In this document: in pieces, positions 1 to 8,646 of the stretch | How the letters are laid out: each line of letters starts with the position of its first letter | Numbering within the stretch: position 1 is the first letter of the stretch | Source: an uncultured delta proteobacterium | Lineage (GTDB): Bacteria > Desulfobacterota > Desulfobacteria > Desulfobacterales > JAHEIW01 | Assembly: GCA_963706575.1 (NCBI GenBank) | Contig: CAVPNL010000003.1 | Location: 384,001-448,000 of the forward strand | Direction: 5' to 3' | Length of the DNA: 64,000 nt | The notes under the pieces: model-generated | What the model was told of the DNA's origin: nothing | Database searches by the model: none | The model's input: the letters and a program-made list of their open reading frames with translations, nothing else | Made by a program: the position numbers and the translations under genes

Positions 1-3000
1 AATAGAACACCGCTTGCGCCGCGCTCAAATGCCTTCAGAATGATCCCCGGTTGAAGCCGCCCCAGGCACATCACTCTAATCGGATAAACTTGTGCAGAAT
101 AGGATAGCCGTTCGATCGCCGCCGCTTCCATCCCGCTGTAAGGATTCCAGTTACAGGTAAAGACCAACGCGATTTGTTTTTGATCGATTCGCATGGGAAC
201 TGGCGTATGCCAAATCGCATCTAGCATGTTTTCCAGCTGGGCATCGCTTGCATACCCCGCCGCAATTGCCCCCGAGGGGCATTGGGCCGCACAGGCTCCG
301 CAGCCCTGACAGATGTGCGGATCGATCCAGGAAAATCGGTTGGGTTCAGCGCCCATCAACTGGGGTGCACCGAACTCGCAGATTTCAACGCAGGTGTTAC
401 AGGCCCGGCAGCGGTGAGGCGCCACGACCGCGCTATGGCATTGGGGCGGTTTTGAACATTGACCCAACCAGGCGGCCACTTTCGCCGTTGCCGCCGCACC
501 CACCGTTGAACTATCAAGGGCCGGGTCGCAGTAATAAACGCCCGGCCGGGTGGTTTCCAACTCCTGACAGTGGAAACGCGAACGCGGTTGGAAAGGAGCG
601 TTTCCAAAAGCATGGCGCAATCTGTCAGCCTCGGCAGAATCGCACGGCGCCATTACTATCCCGGCAGCAGTCCATTCCTTGTCGTTTAAGGTCATGCAAT
701 AACAGCCATTGACCCTGCGGATGCGTGGCGGCGCCCCGGCTAAATCGTGCACCGCAATACCCTGAGTGGACAGAAGTTCCCGGCAGGTCCGGGCAGCGCC
801 GCCGCTGCCTAAAATCAGTGCTGACCGCTCAGGAGGTTGGTATTCCAGCAGCTTGCCGGAAGGTGTCTGATTCTTGGCCACGGCTGCTGATATTAGTGCA
901 ACTGCTTTTGCTGTCGCCGCGCCAGGGTTTTCCCGGTGAGCCCAGGCGCATTGCTCCCGTATATTGACAAACTCAACCGCCGACGGTGGTAAAAACCCGG
1001 CCTTTAAAAGACCTTCGGGTTGTGTATGATTCTCGCGGAACTCAAACAGGCCAAGATGAGCCTTGCATCGAACGCGCTGATACGTGCAGCAGTAGCAAAT
1101 CTGATCAAGTGAACAGCAAGCGCAGGCACCCAGGGTAATTCGATTTAAGTCATGCACTTGCACCTTTTTTTGAATTGTCGCTTGCGCCTCCACCGTACAG
1201 GAAAATGGCAGCACCTCGGCGTGTACGACAGTGGGCCAGGCCGCCGCCCGTTCACGAAGTGTTTCGGTGTTCACGATATCAGAAATAGAATGATCACACT
1301 GACAGATAAAGACACCTGTACGGACACCATCTGCAGGCGGTGTCAAAACGATACCGGAAGGTTCGACGGATTGCACCGGTGCCAGGCGGCACATCACCTG
1401 GGCAGCAGCAGCCGATCCCATCAGCTCATCTTCCGCAGAAATGCGGTAAACACGTTTGCCATTTTCAGATAAATCATTTAGCGCCTGGGTTTGATCATCA
1501 GCGCAGATAATCGCTCCGACCTCCAGATCCATTAAGGTGGTCTGGCTATTTTGTACGATTGCCTCCGGCCCGCAGGCTTTCACACAGGCCAAACATTCAC
1601 TGCAGGGGCCGCACATCAGGCAGCGCTGAGCCTCAGCCATCGCCTGTTCTTGAGAATATCCCAGCTCGACCTCTGCAAAACTGCTCAGGCGCTTTTCCAT
1701 TGACAGCTTTGGCACGGGGATTCGTGGTTTGGGTAATAGCTCCACGTCACTCATTTGCCGTTGTGCGATTGCGAATTCATTAACGGCAGCTGAGTATTCA
1801 ACGGCCATTTTATCGCTGAGGTATGCATCAATCTCAGCCGCCGCTCTTTTTCCCATCCCGATGGCCTCAATTGCCGACATTTTATCGCGGGCTACGGCAT
1901 CACCGGTTGCAAAAACGCCCGGATGATCGGTTGCAAAAGTGACACGGTTTATCTGAATCCGTTGATCACGGGTCATGCTGATACGATTATCCGCATCCAG
2001 GCCTCTGATATCGGGTATCTGCCCGATGGCCAGCACCACCAGCTCTGCCGGCATCACAAATTCGCTGCCGCCTATGGGGACCGGCCGGCGACGGCCGCTT
2101 TCATCCGGCTCTCCTAGCTTCATGCGCAGACATTCCAGACCTATGACATTATTTTCAGAATCCCCGATGATACGGATAGGCGCTGTTAAATATTCAATCG
2201 ATATCGCTTCTTGTTCAGTATCATCGATCTCTTCTTCTAAAGCCGGCATCTCGGCACGGGTGCGGCGATAGGCGATACAGACATCCTCAACACCAACACG
2301 CTTGAGCGTTCGGGCAACATCCATCGCCGTATTCCCGCCACCCAATACAACTGCCCGGGTCTTTGTTCCGCAGGGAAGCACGCTTTCCAGAGCAGTCCGG
2401 TGCTCAGCCGCATCAAGTCTCTGGCTTAAATTGATGGTTTTTAAGAGCTCTATCCCCTGCATGACGCCCCGTAATGCTTCACCGGGTATGCGCAGAGAAA
2501 GGCTTTTATGCGCCCCAATGGCCAGACATACGGCATCATGCCCCATTTTAAACAAGTCATCCAGCGTATGATCACCATCAGGTCCGATAGCGGTATTGAG
2601 CTGAATTTTGACGCCCAGGGACTCAATGCGGCGATACTCGCGGTCAATGACGTGTCGCGGTAACCGGTAGGCAGGAATGCCCACCGATAACATGCCGGCG
2701 ATAACCGGCAGCTTCTCGAACACGGTCACCCGGTACCCCTTCCGTGCCAGACAATCGGCGACGGTCATGCCCGCCGGACCGGAGCCAACGACCGCCACTT
2801 TACGGGCGTTATCCGCGATTGAATTTTCCGCTGCTGGGGAGGTTTCGAAATTAGCGGATTCGTCAGGCTCCCAATCGGCCACAAAGCGCTTAAGCAAACG
2901 GATAGATACGGAGGTATCTATTTCAGACCGGCGGCAGTTCACTTCACAGGGATGGGTACAGATGCGTCCAATGATGCCCGGAAATGGAATAGCCTCGCGA

Positions 3001-3506
3001 ATGAGATCCAGTGCTTCCTGAAATCGCCCTTGCGCAATCAGGGCAACGTAACCCTGGGCATGAACTCCGCCAGGGCAGACACCGGCACATGGCGCCTTCC
3101 CCATTTTATCGATAGCCGCGCACCCCGGCTGGTGGCCGTCCATCAAATATATGGCCTTGTGTTGGCTTCCCGGCAGCATCACAGGACAGACTTCCACGCA
3201 ATCGCCGCATCCGGTACATTTGGCCAAATCAACATAGCGCGGGTGCTGCTGCAATTTTACCTGTAAGGCTCCCGTCTTCAACTTGGCACTTTGCAGAAAC
3301 GTATTGGTCCATACGTTAATGCGTGGATGCTTGGCCACTTCCAGCATGCGGGCATTTAACAGGTGATCGGGCACCCGGGTGCTGCCGCCATTTCCTAAAA
3401 AGGGAGATGACTCAATTAAGTGAACATGGATGCCGGAATCACCAAGATCCAAAGCGGCTTGAAGCCCCGCCGGGCTGCCACCTAAAATGAGAGCGCCTTT
3501 GCTCAA
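1..3506 (-). CDS. HdrL/HdrA-like multidomain Fe-S flavoprotein (HdrA fragment + GltD/NfnB-like NAD(P)/FAD module + second HdrA-like part + 2x[4Fe-4S] + MvhD domain); 3' end beyond window
   Basis: Manual translation from TTG 3506 (GGAGGT RBS): MSKGALILGGSPAGLQAALDL..PRYVDLAKCTGCGDCVEVCP..APCAGVCP..GRICTHPCEVNCRR..KVAVVGSGPAG..GIPAYRLP..GVFICQC..VNIREQCAWAH..CRACNTCVEIC..CQGCGACAAQCP..FTCNW..IRVMCLGRL. It is missing from the ORF track, consistent with no stop before the window edge. Confidence 0.88.
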   Translation of the reverse strand, partial: MSKGALILGGSPAGLQAALDLGDSGIHVHLIESSPFLGNGGSTRVPDHLLNARMLEVAKHPRINVWTNTFLQSAKLKTGALQVKLQQHPRYVDLAKCTGCGDCVEVCPVMLPGSQHKAIYLMDGHQPGCAAIDKMGKAPCAGVCPGGVHAQGYVALIAQGRFQEALDLIREAIPFPGIIGRICTHPCEVNCRRSEIDTSVSIRLLKRFVADWEPDESANFETSPAAENSIADNARKVAVVGSGPAGMTVADCLARKGYRVTVFEKLPVIAGMLSVGIPAYRLPRHVIDREYRRIESLGVKIQLNTAIGPDGDHTLDDLFKMGHDAVCLAIGAHKSLSLRIPGEALRGVMQGIELLKTINLSQRLDAAEHRTALESVLPCGTKTRAVVLGGGNTAMDVARTLKRVGVEDVCIAYRRTRAEMPALEEEIDDTEQEAISIEYLTAPIRIIGDSENNVIGLECLRMKLGEPDESGRRRPVPIGGSEFVMPAELVVLAIGQIPDIRGLDADNRISMTRDQRIQINRVTFATDHPGVFATGDAVARDKMSAIEAIGMGKRAAAEIDAYLSDKMAVEYSAAVNEFAIAQRQMSDVELLPKPRIPVPKLSMEKRLSSFAEVELGYSQEQAMAEAQRCLMCGPCSECLACVKACGPEAIVQNSQTTLMDLEVGAIICADDQTQALNDLSENGKRVYRISAEDELMGSAAAAQVMCRLAPVQSVEPSGIVLTPPADGVRTGVFICQCDHSISDIVNTETLRERAAAWPTVVHAEVLPFSCTVEAQATIQKKVQVHDLNRITLGACACCSLDQICYCCTYQRVRCKAHLGLFEFRENHTQPEGLLKAGFLPPSAVEFVNIREQCAWAHRENPGAATAKAVALISAAVAKNQTPSGKLLEYQPPERSALILGSGGAARTCRELLSTQGIAVHDLAGAPPRIRRVNGCYCMTLNDKEWTAAGIVMAPCDSAEADRLRHAFGNAPFQPRSRFHCQELETTRPGVYYCDPALDSSTVGAAATAKVAAWLGQCSKPPQCHSAVVAPHRCRACNTCVEICEFGAPQLMGAEPNRFSWIDPHICQGCGACAAQCPSGAIAAGYASDAQLENMLDAIWHTPVPMRIDQKQIALVFTCNWNPYSGMEAAAIERLSYSAQVYPIRVMCLGRLQPGIILKAFERGASGVL

Positions 3507-3544
3507 AGAAATTTACCTCCATACCAACCGCTGTTGATTTTGTC

Positions 3545-5101
3545 TCATGCTGTTTTTTTAAGCTCAAGCCCCTTTTCAAAGCCAACATCAAACACATTTA
3601 AATTGACTTCCAAAGTTTTGGGTGGCACCGAATCCTTCAGGGACTGTCGCATGGCTTCCCGGCTGACAGCTCCGACGATTGCCGCCCAAAAGCCAAGCAT
3701 GGCCGAATTCGCCGCCCGGGCATTACCGCATTCCTCAGCAATCTGAGTCGCCGCAATTCCATAGGTTTTCAGATCCTGACGATGGTCTGCGGGCAGCGTC
3801 ACAAGCCCATCGTCAATCAGCAGGGTCCCATTGGCAGCAAGATGGGGCACATATTTAACGTAGGCTTCCTGAGACATGATAATAGCGCTGGTGGGTGCGA
3901 TAAGGTGGGGATGATGGATCGGTTCAGCTGCGACGACAACCTGTGATCCCGCAGCTCCGCCCCTTGCTTCCGGACCATAGCTCTGCGTAAAGCAGGCTTC
4001 GATTTTGTCGTATATTGTGGCCGCCTGGCCGATGATGCGGCCGGCGCTCATAATACCCTGGCCGCCGAAGCCACCGAGCTGCACGTCGGTTCGATCAACA
4101 AAATCGGTCCGGCCGGGTAGTTTCAGTCGCTGGTCCAACACTTTTTTAGCTGCACCCCAACGCTCCTTGGCGGTTTGGGCCGTGTGTTCAATTGCCGCCC
4201 GGAATTCAGGCTTGGGTTCGTTTAAAAATATACCTTCGATAATTGCTTTGATCTCACCCTTTTCATTTACTTTAACATCTGCGTCTTTGGGATGAGTCTG
4301 GTGGGCAATTTTGCCCACTTGCTGGTAATGCTTCATAACTTCCAAGCCGCGTCGGCCAAGTTTCTGCGGATCCAGTCCCCGGCCCTCCAGATTCCAACGC
4401 GCATAGGATGTAGAACAGGGCGCGATGATTTCGACAAAACTGAATCCGGGATGCATCATGGCCTCGCGCAGGGTCCACTCCAGCCGCCGGGCATGCAACA
4501 CCGTCCAACGGGCCACAAAAGATGCCCCGCCGGCTGCAGCCAGATATGGTAGATTAAAGGGATGTTCAAAATTACCATATTGGGTCGTAACTGCCCTGGC
4601 ACCGTGGGGCGTTGTTGGTCCCGCCTGGCCGCCCGTCATACCGTAATTAAAATTATTAACGCAAATAACGGTAATGTCTAGATTGCGTCTGGCCGCATGG
4701 ATAAAATGATTGCCGCCGATCCCGGCAATATCCCCATCCCCGGAAATAACAACGACTTTCAATTCGCCGTTGGCAAGTTTAAGACCCGTGGCAAACGGGA
4801 TGGCCCGACCGTGGGTCGTATGAAAGGAATCCAGACGAAGATAACCAGCAATACGCCCGGTACAGCCGATACCAGAAACCACAGACACCTTATCCAGGTC
4901 CCAATTCTCATTCTTTTCCAACCATTGCAGCGCTCCGATGAATGTGGTCAACGCCGTACCCAATCCGCAACCCTGGCACCAAATGTGAGGCAACCGTTCT
5001 CCACGCAAAAGTACGTCCATTGGATGCAGACCGGTTACCCAATCGCTTTGAGAATCGGGCTCATGTCCGCAGTGTTTCAACTGCATCTCATTTTCGGCCA
5101 T
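3545..5101 (-). CDS. 2-oxoacid:ferredoxin oxidoreductase, fused beta (TPP-binding) + gamma subunits
   Basis: WCQGCG, SGIGC, HTTHGRA, GDGD..NN..YGMTGGQ (beta), then GGFGGQG..SYGPEARGG (gamma) in one 518-aa ORF. Confidence 0.92.
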   Translation of the reverse strand: MAENEMQLKHCGHEPDSQSDWVTGLHPMDVLLRGERLPHIWCQGCGLGTALTTFIGALQWLEKNENWDLDKVSVVSGIGCTGRIAGYLRLDSFHTTHGRAIPFATGLKLANGELKVVVISGDGDIAGIGGNHFIHAARRNLDITVICVNNFNYGMTGGQAGPTTPHGARAVTTQYGNFEHPFNLPYLAAAGGASFVARWTVLHARRLEWTLREAMMHPGFSFVEIIAPCSTSYARWNLEGRGLDPQKLGRRGLEVMKHYQQVGKIAHQTHPKDADVKVNEKGEIKAIIEGIFLNEPKPEFRAAIEHTAQTAKERWGAAKKVLDQRLKLPGRTDFVDRTDVQLGGFGGQGIMSAGRIIGQAATIYDKIEACFTQSYGPEARGGAAGSQVVVAAEPIHHPHLIAPTSAIIMSQEAYVKYVPHLAANGTLLIDDGLVTLPADHRQDLKTYGIAATQIAEECGNARAANSAMLGFWAAIVGAVSREAMRQSLKDSVPPKTLEVNLNVFDVGFEKGLELKKTA

Positions 5102-5106
5102 TGCGC

Positions 5107-6330
5107 CTATCTCTCCGTTTGTCTGTTATGAAGATCTGCTTGGAGCGCACCCGAGCGACCGGCGGCCTTGTATATTGCTCCCAGCACCTGTTGCCGTTCC
5201 AGAATATCGCCCCCCAACCGGTTGGCACCTATCACCTGTGCCTGACCGGCGGCACAGCGCTCGATCTCAAGACAAATTTGTCCTCTGTTGATCTCCGGCA
5301 CAACGAAGGCCCGGATCCTTTTCGCCAACTCGAAAATCCGCTTTTCCGGAAAAGGCCATATGGTGACCAGCCTAAGGAAGCCCACTCGGATGCCTTCTTT
5401 ACGGGCTTGCTCAATTGGCCATTGGGAGGTCCGCGCTGAAATACCGTAAGATACCACGATAATTTCAGCATCATCCAAATACTGTTCTTCCAGCTGAATG
5501 ATCTCATCGCGATGTGCGCTTATTTTATTAATCAGGCGTTTAATGTTCCATTCGCTGGATTCTGCAGTCATGGCTGGATAGCCAAGTTCATCGTGGGTCA
5601 AGCCGGTTACATGGAAGCGATAACCTTCTCCGGCAATCGCCATGGGCGATACGGCGCCATCTGCACCTTCCGAATCCATATCACGGTAAATGCGGAACTG
5701 GTCCGGCTCTATATCTCCTTTTCGGACATGAGGACGATTAATGATTTCAATTTCTTCAGGCTGAGGAATGACCACCCGTTCCGTCATATGACCGACCTCA
5801 GCGTCTGTCATCACCAGCACGGGTGTGCGGAACTTTTCAGATAAATTGAAAGCCCGTATGGTCAAATCGAAGAGTTCTTGTGGGGAGGAGGGGCAAAGCG
5901 CGATAATTTCATAATCGCCGTGAGTGCCCCAGCGGGCCTGCATCATGTCCTGCTGTCCGACCAATGTTGGCAGACCGGTGGAAGGGCCTCCGCGCTGGAC
6001 ATCAACCAGCACACAAGGGGTTTCCATCATGATGCCGAGACCCAGGTTTTCCATCATCAGCGAAAAGCCGGGGCCGCTAGTGGCTGTCATCGATTTAACA
6101 CCGGCCCATGAAGCCCCTAAGATGGCATTCATAGAAGCCAGTTCATCTTCCATCTGAATATAAATGCCATCGACCTGTGGCAGCCGGGTCGACATTCGCT
6201 CGGCTATTTCGGTTGCAGGCGTGATTGGATAACCGGCAAAAAAACGGCAGCCTGCCAGAATGGCACCTTCAGCGGCAGCATAATCTCCCAGCAGGAAATG
6301 TTCTCCGGTCAACAGGCCCTGATCACTCAT
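5107..6330 (-). CDS. 2-oxoacid:ferredoxin oxidoreductase alpha subunit (KorA-like)
   Basis: AGYPITPATE, QMEDE, TATSGPGFSLM, QRGGPSTGLPT motifs. Confidence 0.93.
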   Translation of the reverse strand: MSDQGLLTGEHFLLGDYAAAEGAILAGCRFFAGYPITPATEIAERMSTRLPQVDGIYIQMEDELASMNAILGASWAGVKSMTATSGPGFSLMMENLGLGIMMETPCVLVDVQRGGPSTGLPTLVGQQDMMQARWGTHGDYEIIALCPSSPQELFDLTIRAFNLSEKFRTPVLVMTDAEVGHMTERVVIPQPEEIEIINRPHVRKGDIEPDQFRIYRDMDSEGADGAVSPMAIAGEGYRFHVTGLTHDELGYPAMTAESSEWNIKRLINKISAHRDEIIQLEEQYLDDAEIIVVSYGISARTSQWPIEQARKEGIRVGFLRLVTIWPFPEKRIFELAKRIRAFVVPEINRGQICLEIERCAAGQAQVIGANRLGGDILERQQVLGAIYKAAGRSGALQADLHNRQTER

Positions 6331-6346
6331 TGTTTTAACTCAATTC

Positions 6347-6492
6347 TGGAATCCATCTCAAAAATGTCTTTTGGCCCAATATCTTTGTTGGAGCCTCGTT
6401 TAAAATCCTCGACATACAACAGTATGCCTGCGGTTTGAAACTCGGCCCCGCCGCGATCTTTAACCAAAATCCTATTTTTGAGACAGGTTTTA
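6347..6492. mobile_element. 146-bp MITE-like hairpin element, copy A
   Basis: Near-identical in reverse complement to 23507-23652 and 35791-35984. Terminal inverted repeats resemble TAGAACCCATCTCAAAAAT. The right end overlaps the TAA of the delta-subunit gene. Confidence 0.85.
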
Positions 6493-6780
6493 TTGTTCGT
6501 TCACGTCACGGTCTTTCGCAAGCATCTGGCTGCTCTCGACATAGATGGCAAAATCCGGGCAAAGCAAAGCACACAATCCGCAATCGGTGCATTGGGAAAT
6601 ATCCGTAATCTCAGGCGGATGATACCCTCTTGGATTCGTCCGCTTTGACATAACAAAAACACCCCGTGGGCAGAATTCAACACAAAATCCGCAACCTTTA
6701 CAGCGAGCCTCGATAATATGGATGATGCCGCAGGGTACCTGAATGCGGTCCCTGTCCAAAGGCTGTCTCCAATATTTCAC
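6490..6780 (-). CDS. 2-oxoacid:ferredoxin oxidoreductase delta subunit (2x[4Fe-4S])
   Basis: [12 protein letters not shown] and [12 protein letters not shown] motifs; AGGAG RBS; first gene of the operon. Confidence 0.9.
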   Translation of the reverse strand: MKYWRQPLDRDRIQVPCGIIHIIEARCKGCGFCVEFCPRGVFVMSKRTNPRGYHPPEITDISQCTDCGLCALLCPDFAIYVESSQMLAKDRDVNEQ

Positions 6781-7103
6781 GATTTCTCCTTAAATCCAGA
6801 TAGAATTTTGACAATGTCTACTGATAGCAGCAAATTGCCTTATTTGGCCAGATGCCCGTTGCTTAATATGGAAAATGAAACGCTCTCCAGACTGTTTTTT
6901 ATACCACAATTGGGTACAAAAGTCATCGTTCATAATATTCGAATAAGATTCAATCAGCAGATGGAATCCTTCTTTGACAACCGGCGGTCATTTTTATTAT
7001 GCTGATAGTGGGCAGCAAGTCGGATATTTGGACTGAAATCCAAAAACATCAAACTCGTCAAAACAGATATTCGGGCACAAGCAGACGTAGAAATCGGACA
7101 AGA

Positions 7104-8108
7104 ATGAAAAAAATCCTCCTCATTTCAGCGGTCCTCATATTCATAAGCCTCTGTGGCCTAGCGGTTTTCATTCTTAGTCTGCGGCACTATGCCCAACAAC
7201 CGGCCGGCCAGGCGCCGGAAAAAGTGGTGATTATTATACCCGCCGGTCAGTCATTGAAAACCACTAGCGAAGCCCTTTTCAAAAATGGGATCATCATAAG
7301 CCCTTTTAAATTCAACTTGGTTGCCCGCCTGAAGGGATATGACAAACGCCTTAAAGCCGGAGAGTATGCGTTGTCGGCCAGCATGGCCCCAATCCAGATA
7401 ATGCAAAAACTGGTGAAAGGAGAGGTCGAGCTCTATAAGCTTACCGTTCCGGAAGGCTATAATATCTACCAGATTGCCGACCTCATAGCCCAGGCTGGAT
7501 TTGCGCAGAATTCCAGTTTTATAGAGACCGCAAGTGATGCCGATCTGGCTCGCAAAAACAGCATAAACGCCAAAACTTTTGAGGGCTACCTGTTTCCGGA
7601 AACTTACTATTTCCCCAAAAACGTGAGCAGCGAAACGATCATATCAACCATGGTCAAACGCTTCTGGACGGTTTTTAATTCGGCCTGGAAAGAGCGGGCA
7701 GATCAGCTCGGGTTCTCGATTCATCAGATCGTCACCCTGGCATCGATCATCGAAAAGGAAACCGGGGCTGCTTTTGAGCGCCCCGTGATTTCTTCGGTAT
7801 TCCATAATCGCTTAAAAAAGAAGATGCGCCTGGAATCTGATCCAACGGTAATCTACGGGTTAAAGAATTTTGACGGCAATTTAAAACGCGCACATCTTGA
7901 AACTCCAACACCCTATAATACTTACAAAATCAAGGGGCTGCCCGTCGGCCCCATCGCCAATCCGGGAACAAAATCTCTGGAAGCTGCCCTCTATCCAGCT
8001 GACACGAAATTCATTTATTTTGTATCCAAAAAAAACAAAACCCATCAGTTCTCAACCAACTTAAAAGACCACAATCAAGCGGTTCGAAAATACCAGCTCC
8101 GCCGCTAG
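7104..8108 (+). CDS. mltG: endolytic transglycosylase MltG (YceG family)
   Basis: N-terminal TM segment, EGYLFPETY, LASIIEKE, LESDPT, PYNTY..GLP.GPIANPG; start moved to ATG 7104. Confidence 0.93.
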   Translation: MKKILLISAVLIFISLCGLAVFILSLRHYAQQPAGQAPEKVVIIIPAGQSLKTTSEALFKNGIIISPFKFNLVARLKGYDKRLKAGEYALSASMAPIQIMQKLVKGEVELYKLTVPEGYNIYQIADLIAQAGFAQNSSFIETASDADLARKNSINAKTFEGYLFPETYYFPKNVSSETIISTMVKRFWTVFNSAWKERADQLGFSIHQIVTLASIIEKETGAAFERPVISSVFHNRLKKKMRLESDPTVIYGLKNFDGNLKRAHLETPTPYNTYKIKGLPVGPIANPGTKSLEAALYPADTKFIYFVSKKNKTHQFSTNLKDHNQAVRKYQLRR

Positions 8109-8251
8109 GGTTGTGTACCGCAGATAAGTACTGAGTGCTGAACATTGAAAATGGATCGTCTTGACAGAGCAGTTGTCGGAATTTAGCTTAAAGCAGGCAT
8201 AATTTAAAAGAAAACTTTGCGATAAAGCAGATACGAAATAAGGAGGACATT

Positions 8252-8488
8252 ATGGCACGTTCTGATAAAAATCGATTAAAAACCATCATCGATCTTGAAA
8301 AACTGAATCGCTTTAATGATGAGGGATGCCCGGCCTGCAAGCGCAAGTTCACATTGGGTGAACCGGTTGTCCTGGCATGCGGCGCCTGGGAAGGCGAGCC
8401 AAAGTATATCCATGAAAATGAAGCCGTGTTTGATGAAGCCACAGCCACTTACTTCGAGCGCCGCTGTTATGAATCCCGCAAGGGATAG
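8252..8488 (+). CDS. small Cys-containing hypothetical protein (possible Zn-binding)
   Basis: Strong AAGGAGG RBS; CPAC..C..H..C pattern. Confidence 0.7.
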   Translation: MARSDKNRLKTIIDLEKLNRFNDEGCPACKRKFTLGEPVVLACGAWEGEPKYIHENEAVFDEATATYFERRCYESRKG

Positions 8489-8518
8489 GGAACCGATCTG
8501 GAATGTCATCCTGCCGCT

Positions 8519-8545
8519 TAAGTTTTTATCCCAAATAGCCGATAT
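8519..8545 (+). promoter_or_regulatory. putative sigma-28 (FliA) promoter
   Basis: TAAG-N15-GCCGATAT, matching the TAAA-N15-GCCGATAA consensus, upstream of the GGDEF/EAL gene. Confidence 0.6.
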
Positions 8546-8646
8546 ATACCTGGTATCTCTTTTGATTGGGTCTTGGGGCTTCATAACCGGTCACTAAGAA
8601 TCTGAATGGGCCCCAATCATCCTGAAAATAAAATGATAACAGGGAG

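Noticed and set aside
1..170. Possible selenocysteine in the MvhD domain
   Set aside because: The visible positions are TGT, AAT and TGC; there is no in-frame TGA in the part inside the window.
248..3266. Many plus-strand ORFs in the track (e.g. 248-712, 1152-1472, 2677-3021)
   Set aside because: They are antisense shadows of the long minus-strand HdrL-like gene and have no recognisable motifs.
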